Source: a bacterium
GTDB taxonomy: Bacteria > Patescibacteriota > Minisyncoccia > UBA6257 > GWB1-50-10
Direction: 5' to 3'
Length of the DNA stretch: 64,000 nucleotides
NCBI GenBank assembly: GCA_021815205.1
Contig: JAKAHD010000001.1
Coordinates: forward strand, 89,247-153,246
A program made the translations under genes and the position numbers. Numbering within the stretch: position 1 is the stretch's first letter; each line of letters begins with the position of its first letter. The notes below the pieces were generated by a model. The model worked only from the letters and a program-made list of their open reading frames with translations, was not told the DNA's origin and did no database searches. Shown one piece after another: positions 46,985 through 54,179 of the stretch.

Positions 46985-47597
46985 GCGCTATTTTCTTGCG
47001 CAGATTTTTTATATGCACGTCGACCGTGTTGCTCATAGCGTTCGCGGCAAAATCCCACGCATGGTCATACAACTCATCGCGGGTTACCACCTTGTTGGGG
47101 TGGCGCATCAGATATTCCAATACCATAAACTCTTTGAGTGTGAGCGGAACTTCCTTCCCGGCGCATGTTACTCTTCTTGTTCCTGTATGTAAAGTAATGT
47201 CCTTGATGGTGAACTCATCCGGTACCATTGCGGCGGGGCGACGCAGGAGCGCGCGAATTCGGGCCGTCAGCTCATCAAATGAAAATGGCTTTATCAAATA
47301 ATCGTCCGCGCCGCAGTCAAGCCCCACAATGGTATCTTCGGTCGTGTCTTTCGCTGTGAGCATGAGTACTGGAATGGTAATATTGGCATTGCGCCAATCT
47401 TTACAGACGGATATGCCGTCCTTTTTTGGAAGCATGATATCTAGAATCACCGCATCGTAATCATGCATCCCGAACCCAATTCGTCGTGCGCCGCTTTCGC
47501 CGTCTAAGACGTAATCGGCGGCATATCCTTCTTGTACTAATCCCTGCTGTATTCCCGAGGCCAGTGTTTCGTTGTCTTCTATGATTAAGATTTTCAT
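46923..47597 (-). CDS. OmpR/PhoB-family response regulator
   Basis: MKILIIED, LDIMLP, GADDYL.KPF, VDVHIKNLRKK, TIRGVGY. Confidence 0.96.
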   Translation of the reverse strand: MKILIIEDNETLASGIQQGLVQEGYAADYVLDGESGARRIGFGMHDYDAVILDIMLPKKDGISVCKDWRNANITIPVLMLTAKDTTEDTIVGLDCGADDYLIKPFSFDELTARIRALLRRPAAMVPDEFTIKDITLHTGTRRVTCAGKEVPLTLKEFMVLEYLMRHPNKVVTRDELYDHAWDFAANAMSNTVDVHIKNLRKKIAHGNNEKVLETIRGVGYRLKA

Positions 47598-47628
47598 GGG
47601 TGTAGCATACACAATGAAGATGAAGCTT

Positions 47629-48249
47629 TCATGAAGATTGTTTCGCGGACGATCGAGAATATTTGACAATAATTCTAGTAAGAATGACCGCAACAATGAC
47701 CGCGAGAATAAAAATGCCGGCTCTCGTTGACCATGCCTCGATGACCCGCAACGCGCCGCCAAAGAAATAACCAAGAAACAAGTGCGCCGTTGCCCACAGA
47801 AAACCGCTCACGAGATTCCAGAGCAGGAACTGCCACTTGTTCATCTTTGAAAGACCGGCAATAAAAGGGATGATCGGTCGAAGCGGTCCGATGAATCTGC
47901 CCAAGAACACGCTCTTGCCGCCGTGCGTTTTGAAGAACCGCTCTCCTTTTTCCAAGTGCGCCCGCTTAAGCCATCGGTTTTCTTCCTTGAAGAACCTCGT
48001 TCCTTTCGTCCCAAGCCAGTAACTCAAGTTGTCGCCCAGTATCGCGCCTATTGCCGCGAACCAGATCAGATCGCCGAGATCAAGATAACCCCGGGAGGAG
48101 AGGAAACCCGCGAGGGTCACAAGGATCGCGCCCGGCACCACCGATCCGACAAATGCGAGCGACTCGGTGAGCGCGACGAGCAACACGAGCCAATACCCAA
48201 ACACGCCGAGGTGCTGGAGTGCGGGGAGTATTGAATTAATCGCGTTCAT
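47629..48249 (-). CDS. DedA-family membrane protein
   Basis: ES..FVG..VPG, GDNLSYWLG, GRFIGPLR. Confidence 0.9.
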   Translation of the reverse strand: MNAINSILPALQHLGVFGYWLVLLVALTESLAFVGSVVPGAILVTLAGFLSSRGYLDLGDLIWFAAIGAILGDNLSYWLGTKGTRFFKEENRWLKRAHLEKGERFFKTHGGKSVFLGRFIGPLRPIIPFIAGLSKMNKWQFLLWNLVSGFLWATAHLFLGYFFGGALRVIEAWSTRAGIFILAVIVAVILTRIIVKYSRSSAKQSS

Positions 48250-48397
48250 TGGTGTAGTTATTGTACCAAGTTAGAACCTGTTTCCAAAATCCATAACAGA
48301 AGACGGATTTTTGCGGGACATATTCTGCGGGGGGTAGGATCCCGGATGAATTTAGGATACGGCACCGTGTGCGGTGCCGTATCTTCGTTTAAGGAGG

Positions 48398-48645
48398 ATT
48401 GGGAAGAGAGGTGTTATGACGCGTCATAACACCCTTTGTAATTCTATGCCAAGTTATAACGCCATGGCATTATAACTTGGTATATAACCTTCTTACTAAC
48501 TTATGTGACGATCGTCACATAAGTTAGTAACCCTCACGCCTATACTAGGTTGTGGGGGCAGACCGGCGCCATTAAGGTTATTAGTCTACCGAACGGTGCA
48601 TGAAGATTACAGGTGCTGCACTTCAAAGTTGCATTCGCCTTTGTT
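48398..48645. repeat. Composite repeat copy 2 with two extra nested palindromes
   Basis: Homologous to 8147-8310; extra palindromes at ~48445-48484 and ~48493-48530. Confidence 0.85.
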
Positions 48646-48767
48646 GTTGATGATGAAAACGGAGATTTTATGGTAAAATCAAGCTATGTTCAGGGTGTAT
48701 AAGAATCTTTCAGAGAACCTCGTAATTTTTGTCTTCGCCTCGTTCGCTGACAAAAACTTCTAACGGA

Positions 48768-49361
48768 GTGAATAAAAAATTACCAACCGCAATTATTATC
48801 CTTGCTGGTATCGTTTTGGGATACCTCTTTATCTCAAGTTCGCAACAGTTCAAGTTTGGACAACCGAAAGAACAAACACACAGCGGAATAGTAAATGAAG
48901 CATTGGCGGCCAAGTTTGATTACTTAAGCAAAAACGGAAATTCATCTTGTTCAGCAGTGTTTCGCGATTCTATCGCCTCAAAATCAGATGGCGCCCGACT
49001 ACAAGGTTCATGCTGCAGCCCCATGAGCATGCACCGCTATCGCGAGCAAGTCGAAGCGCTTAAAAGATACAGCAATATTAAAGAAATCCCTCCCGACCCT
49101 TACGACATTCAGGCCGGACTTGCCAAAATACTCATGTCCCATTATGGCGACGAGCTCTCGCCGGAACAGCAAAAGGTCTACGACTACGCCATGCAAAACT
49201 CAAGCGAGAAAGGGCCGTGCTGCTGCAAATGCTGGCGGTGGAATACGTATGGCGGTTTAGCAAAAATACTTATTACAAGATATAGCTTCACTGGCGAGCA
49301 AGTAACCGAAGTGTGGAATTTATCCGACGGCTGCGGCGGCGACAGTGAGCATCATCACTAA
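48768..49361 (+). CDS. Membrane-anchored Cys-rich protein
   Basis: TM; SSCS, GSCCSPM, GPCCCKCWRW, DGCGG, HHH tail; GTG start inferred. Confidence 0.8.
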   Translation: MNKKLPTAIIILAGIVLGYLFISSSQQFKFGQPKEQTHSGIVNEALAAKFDYLSKNGNSSCSAVFRDSIASKSDGARLQGSCCSPMSMHRYREQVEALKRYSNIKEIPPDPYDIQAGLAKILMSHYGDELSPEQQKVYDYAMQNSSEKGPCCCKCWRWNTYGGLAKILITRYSFTGEQVTEVWNLSDGCGGDSEHHH

Positions 49362-49362
49362 T

Positions 49363-51162
49363 ATGACAAAGGTGATTCAAAAAGAAGACAAAAAATTATA
49401 TCAATGTGAAGCGTGCGGCTTCCAGTATACAGATGATTCGACCTCGCTCATCACAGGGAAAGAGTGGGCGGAAAAATGCGAAGCGTGGTGCAAAGAACAC
49501 AAGAGTTGCAATACTGAGATAACTGCGCATGCCGTTCCACAAGACAGCGAACCTGAAAAAAGCGAGCTTAACGCCGTTCAAAGCAAAACATCAGAGGCGT
49601 CTGCCGATCCGCTTGCGGGTAGAACTTCTAACAGGGTCAAGCCGGAAGACGTTAAGTTTCTGGCCCGTTCGATAAGCTCAAAGCCGGCTTTGAGTCGTAT
49701 CGAAGGGATGACAAGATTTTTCTACGGTCTTGTCGGCATCGCCTCATCCCTTGCCTTTTTTCTTATCTTGTACTGGGCATTACGACTTGATTCAACAATC
49801 ACGAACATAATCGCCAACACCTACAGCACCCCGCTCTACTTCTGGCCGTACGTTACTCTGACGCTCGGCGCGATTGTGCTCTTTGGCGTCAATGTTTCTC
49901 TCCTTGTATATCGCTGGAGAAAGTTCGGACCGCCACGATTCAAAACAGAAGCCGGCGGCGGAGCAGGAACACTTTTCGGCATTGCGGCCTCTGCGTGTCC
50001 TGTTTGCGGGTCAACCCTGCTTTCGGTAATTGGCATTGCCGGAGGGCTTGCCGCATTTCCGCTTGGCGGGCTTGAACTTAAAGCATTGTCTTTTGGATTT
50101 ATGGTATTGCCAATTTGGCTAATAAGAAAGGACTTGTCCGCCAAGGCCTCAGTGTCGGCGGGAGCCTCGGCACAGGCGGGCGAAAGCGGCATATGTCCTC
50201 TCCCAAGAGACCACCGCTTCAAAGAATCTGATCGGCCGTGGCTTTTAGCGCTTCTCGCCTTGGTAATTGTTTTGTCGCTTATTAGCTGGAATTGGCTTAA
50301 GACCGAGCCGATTATCGCCAAAGCCCTTGCTCAAAACCGCATCTTGGACTCAAGCTACAACGCAAACATTTCGGCGAAAGGAGATAAACTCATTAATGAA
50401 GTAGTTGCGCAGGTTCTACCGGAGAAAGGGTTCCAAAGTAAAATCGCGCTCGGCGATAGCGTCCTGAAATTGGTGCAAAACGGCGTGATTGATCGAGATA
50501 AGTTCCTCGCGATTTATGAAGATCGCGGCGGTCTGCCCGATGCGCTAAAAAATGTGCTTGATAGCCCCTCGACAAAACCAATTCTCCTTACTCGCGAGAA
50601 TGCAAACTACTATATAAATCTCATGTGGCCGTTGGGGCTTGCAAACTACATGTCGTCTAACAAGAAAAGCCCTATTAGTGGTAAGTCGCTCTTTCACTTT
50701 GCTTCGACTGGCGGCTGGAACTTGGGAAAAGAAGAAAACGGCGGCGCGTACTTCAACAAATTTAAGATTGCTAAACTAACACCGGAGCAAGAGGCGCTGG
50801 TCACGAAAATCGCCCAAAGTACCTATCGCCCCTGCTGTAATAACTCAACGTTCTTTCAGGATTGCAATCATGGCTCGGCTCTCTTGGGACTTTTGCAACT
50901 CGGCGCGTCCCAAGGTTTAACTGAAGATGAACTCTATCGTGAGGCGCTTGCATTCAATTCGTTTTGGTTTCCTCAAAACTACGTTCAGACCGCGCTCTAT
51001 TTCAAAGCGACGAAAGGCACTGATTGGAATGAGATTGATCCAAAAATGGTGATGGGAAAAGATTTTTCTTCCGCGAGCGGTTGGTATACCAACATTGACG
51101 CGGAAGTGAAACGGCTCGGCCTTGTTCCACAGCAAGAAGGCGGCGCAGGTTGCGGAGTATAA
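49363..51162 (+). CDS. Multidomain Cys-rich membrane protein (Cys/His module + TM CPVC domain + RPCC/DCNHG domain)
   Basis: Paralogy to 21329-21496 and 24736-25689 visible in the translations. Confidence 0.85.
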   Translation: MTKVIQKEDKKLYQCEACGFQYTDDSTSLITGKEWAEKCEAWCKEHKSCNTEITAHAVPQDSEPEKSELNAVQSKTSEASADPLAGRTSNRVKPEDVKFLARSISSKPALSRIEGMTRFFYGLVGIASSLAFFLILYWALRLDSTITNIIANTYSTPLYFWPYVTLTLGAIVLFGVNVSLLVYRWRKFGPPRFKTEAGGGAGTLFGIAASACPVCGSTLLSVIGIAGGLAAFPLGGLELKALSFGFMVLPIWLIRKDLSAKASVSAGASAQAGESGICPLPRDHRFKESDRPWLLALLALVIVLSLISWNWLKTEPIIAKALAQNRILDSSYNANISAKGDKLINEVVAQVLPEKGFQSKIALGDSVLKLVQNGVIDRDKFLAIYEDRGGLPDALKNVLDSPSTKPILLTRENANYYINLMWPLGLANYMSSNKKSPISGKSLFHFASTGGWNLGKEENGGAYFNKFKIAKLTPEQEALVTKIAQSTYRPCCNNSTFFQDCNHGSALLGLLQLGASQGLTEDELYREALAFNSFWFPQNYVQTALYFKATKGTDWNEIDPKMVMGKDFSSASGWYTNIDAEVKRLGLVPQQEGGAGCGV

Positions 51163-51240
51163 CCCCGCCTCCGGAGGACGCGGCGGAAAGAGGGAACAAG
51201 TTATACCCCACGAATAACTCCTATTCACAAACAGAGAACA

Positions 51241-51269
51241 AAAACACCATCCTTGATGAGTGGTGTTTT
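51241..51269. terminator. Hairpin terminator between convergent units
   Basis: aaaacacca...tggtgtttt. Confidence 0.6.
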
Positions 51270-51272
51270 ATC

Positions 51273-51346
51273 TGGTGCGGGATACGGGAATCGAACCCGT
51301 GCCTCAACCTTGGGAAGGTCGCATCCTACCACTAAACTAATCCCGC
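51273..51346 (-). tRNA. tRNA-Gly(CCC)
   Basis: GCGGGAT acceptor, TTCCCAA loop, GGTTCGATTCC, encoded CCA. Confidence 0.96.
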
Positions 51347-51413
51347 CTACATTTGCCCCGGCAAACTTCGGCGGGCAAGCCCGCAAAGATGACCGGAGTT
51401 GAACGAATGTATC

Positions 51414-51722
51414 TTATTTCTTGGTGCTTGTTGATGAGCTTGCGGTGCTTGATGAAAGTCCGGGGACGACAATAATAAGCTTTTCGCCCGGCGCGACGTA
51501 GTTCGTTTGCGATTTAAGCTCGTTCACCAGATTCTGCGGATTTTGGTAATATTCTATCTTGTTTTGGAGTTCATGGTTCTGATCCTCGAGTTCTTTGAGT
51601 TGCTGTTCCATGGTCCCCGTGTGAGCTTCGAGGCCGCGCTTCGAGTTTTCGAGTCCTACCAACCCTCCTACGAGGAGGAGCACCACAATGACGAAGAGAA
51701 TAGGTCTCCATGCCCGCATCAT
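51414..51722 (-). CDS. FtsB/DivIC-like septum formation initiator
   Basis: TM + coiled coil + 'Y..PGE'. Confidence 0.75.
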   Translation of the reverse strand: MMRAWRPILFVIVVLLLVGGLVGLENSKRGLEAHTGTMEQQLKELEDQNHELQNKIEYYQNPQNLVNELKSQTNYVAPGEKLIIVVPGLSSSTASSSTSTKK

Positions 51723-51828
51723 GTGTATTATACATCAATTGACTTTAGAAGCAGATCACGCCGATGAAACGCAGATGAACGCAGACGTAACCTCTGGTTC
51801 ATTTGTGTCGTTTCTATGTTGGTTATCT

Positions 51829-54138
51829 CTATTTTTTGAGAAGTTCTTTGAATAGATGCGGCGGGATGCGGACGTGTGCGCGTGCCTTGAGGCGCTCCTT
51901 CCCTTTTTTCTGCTTCTGCCACAGCTTCATTTTTCTCGTCCGGTCCCCTCCGTTTTTCCCAAAGTTGCCGAGTTCTTTCCGGAGCGCGGGGATGTCTTCG
52001 CGTGCGATCACTTTTCCGTGGTCCTTCGCCTGAATCGGCTGAGCGAACTGCTGTTGCGGGAGCGTCTTCTTCAGGCGCTCGACGAGCTCACGCGCTTCGT
52101 ATTGCAGCGTGCTCTTCGGAAAGAAGCGCGAGAGCCCCGGGATGATTTCTCCCGCAATCGCGATGTCGATCTTTACGATGTCGGCCTTCATGTAGTCCGC
52201 GAGCTCATAACTGAACGAAGCGTAGCCGGCGGTCGCGGATTTCAACTGGTCGTCAAAATCACTTACGAGTTCCGCAAGCGGCATGATTGCCTTGATTTCT
52301 GTTTGGTTTTGGAACGTCTCCGTCATGATGTTCGAGAATCTGAATTTGTTCTGGAGCGGGTAGATATTATTCAGAAATTCCGGCGAGGTGAGGATTACAA
52401 TCTTCACCATCGGTTCCCAAATCGCTTCGTATTCTTCAGGGATTTCTTCGGGCTTCACAATCTCGATCCACCCCCCTCTAGTTTTCACTTTATAAAGCAC
52501 CGAAGGAAATGTACTCACGGTCGTAACATGGAATTCGCGCCGGAGGCGTTCCGCGGTAATCTCGAAGTGAAGGTGCCCCAGGAATCCGACCTTAAATCCC
52601 CGCCCCAAGACCTCGTTCTGGTCCGGTTCGATATGGAGTGCCGAGTCATTGAGCCGCAGTTTATCGAAGCTTCGCTTCAGAAGATCATACTCGTCGTTGT
52701 CCTCCGGGTAAAAGGACACGAACACAACCGGTTGCGGCTCTTGGTAGCCGTGCAGCGCAAACGTTTTTGGATTCTGGCATTTGGATTTTGAGCTTACTAT
52801 CGTGTCCCCTATCTTCACGAGCGCAATATCCTTGATGCCGGTCGCGATGTACCCGATCTCTCCCGTTCCGAGTTTCTGTGTCGCGGTCAAGGGCGGAGCA
52901 AAAAAACCAACTTCCTTTATCTTCGAGGAAGCGCCGGATGCCGCAAGCGTAATAATGTCCGTTCCGTTTACCGTGCCTTCGAAGACGCGCACCGACGCGA
53001 TCACCCCCTTGTGATCGTCGTAGAAGGAATCGAAAATGAGTGCCCGCGCTGGGGCCGCCGATACTCGCTGATTTTGAGCTGATGCACGCTGATCCGTTTC
53101 TATCTCGACCGGTGAAGGTATTCGTTCAATGATTACTCGAAGCAGATCAGAAACCCCTTCTCCCGTTTTTGCGGAGACCATCATTATTTCATCGTCGGAT
53201 ATGTTCAGAAGTTCCGCGACCTCGTGCCGGATGCGCGCAAGCCCCTCCGTGTCTCCCCGCGCTTCGAGAATATCGATCTTATTTACCGCGCCGATGATCG
53301 TAAGTCCCGCACTGCGCGCCAAGTGAAGGTTTGCAAGGGTCTGTGCCTGGATTCCTTGGGTTGCGTCCACAAGGAGAATACCGCCCTCGACGGCCGCCAA
53401 GGCGCGCGACACCTCGTACGAGAAATCGGAGTGCCCCGGAGTATCAATCAAGTTGAGGATATATTCCTCAACTTGCGCGGAAGGTCGCGGAAGGGACGCG
53501 GAATCGCGCGGAATTTCACGGGCTGTGTCGTATACGACTCTTTGTATGTCGAGAGTCTTCGTTCCGAAATTAATGAGTAGCGCAAGTTTGTAGTCTGACC
53601 CCTTGAGATAGCTCCATAGCTGTTCTGTCTGTGGGCGGCCTATTTCCGGTAATGCTTTCAGCTCGATAAGTATTTTCTCTTCAATTATAAAATCCGGTTG
53701 GTAGGAACCGATTTTCTTGCCGTCGTAAAAAATTCCAATGTTTTTTTCGCTTTCGAACCGCAGGTTTCTCTTCTTGAATTCTTCTGCCAGGGCATTATGA
53801 TAGACGATCTCTTTATGTCCTAGACCTAGCCTTTTTCTTACCTCGAAAGCGGCGCCGCGTATTTCATAGGTAATGGTTTCGTATAGTAATTTACTTTCTG
53901 CGTCATTCCGCGTATCATTCTGCGTCATTCTGCGGTGAGGATGATAACGCATCCTCACAGGGGCCATTTTAATGGTGATCCCCCGCTCCCGTTCGAGTTC
54001 AAGCTGATCAAGATATTGTTCCTGCATGTGGCGCGTATCCACCGTGCCCGTAATTTCAAGGAACCGATCCGCGAGGGTTGACTTCCCGTGATCGATATGG
54101 GCGATGATGCAGAAATTTCTGATGTAGACTTCGTTCAT
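51829..54138 (-). CDS. lepA: Elongation factor 4 with an in-frame GxxExxY nuclease insertion
   Basis: IRNFCIIAHIDHGKSTLAD, RERGITIK, DTPGH, GFLG.LH, GGDRTRKMKL. Confidence 0.95.
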   Translation of the reverse strand: MNEVYIRNFCIIAHIDHGKSTLADRFLEITGTVDTRHMQEQYLDQLELERERGITIKMAPVRMRYHPHRRMTQNDTRNDAESKLLYETITYEIRGAAFEVRKRLGLGHKEIVYHNALAEEFKKRNLRFESEKNIGIFYDGKKIGSYQPDFIIEEKILIELKALPEIGRPQTEQLWSYLKGSDYKLALLINFGTKTLDIQRVVYDTAREIPRDSASLPRPSAQVEEYILNLIDTPGHSDFSYEVSRALAAVEGGILLVDATQGIQAQTLANLHLARSAGLTIIGAVNKIDILEARGDTEGLARIRHEVAELLNISDDEIMMVSAKTGEGVSDLLRVIIERIPSPVEIETDQRASAQNQRVSAAPARALIFDSFYDDHKGVIASVRVFEGTVNGTDIITLAASGASSKIKEVGFFAPPLTATQKLGTGEIGYIATGIKDIALVKIGDTIVSSKSKCQNPKTFALHGYQEPQPVVFVSFYPEDNDEYDLLKRSFDKLRLNDSALHIEPDQNEVLGRGFKVGFLGHLHFEITAERLRREFHVTTVSTFPSVLYKVKTRGGWIEIVKPEEIPEEYEAIWEPMVKIVILTSPEFLNNIYPLQNKFRFSNIMTETFQNQTEIKAIMPLAELVSDFDDQLKSATAGYASFSYELADYMKADIVKIDIAIAGEIIPGLSRFFPKSTLQYEARELVERLKKTLPQQQFAQPIQAKDHGKVIAREDIPALRKELGNFGKNGGDRTRKMKLWQKQKKGKERLKARAHVRIPPHLFKELLKK
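53473..53937 (-). mobile_element. GxxExxY PD-(D/E)xK nuclease cassette with inverted repeat arrays
   Basis: GHKEIVY, PDF..E.K, QxxxY, LLINFG; CGCGGAA x4 (53476-53513) versus TTCYGCG x4 (53896-53934). Confidence 0.8.
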
Positions 54139-54179
54139 ATTATTTTGAAATCAAAATCTCTGATGCTCAGTCAAAGCAG

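Noticed and set aside
47629-48249. DedA as a pseudogene (truncated DedA-PAP2 fusion)
   Set aside because: The DedA domain appears complete; truncation cannot be shown without homologue alignment.
53473-53937. Intein or group I/II intron in lepA
   Set aside because: No Hint splicing residues, no LAGLIDADG/HNH/RT, and no room for a ribozyme core since the insert is almost all nuclease ORF.
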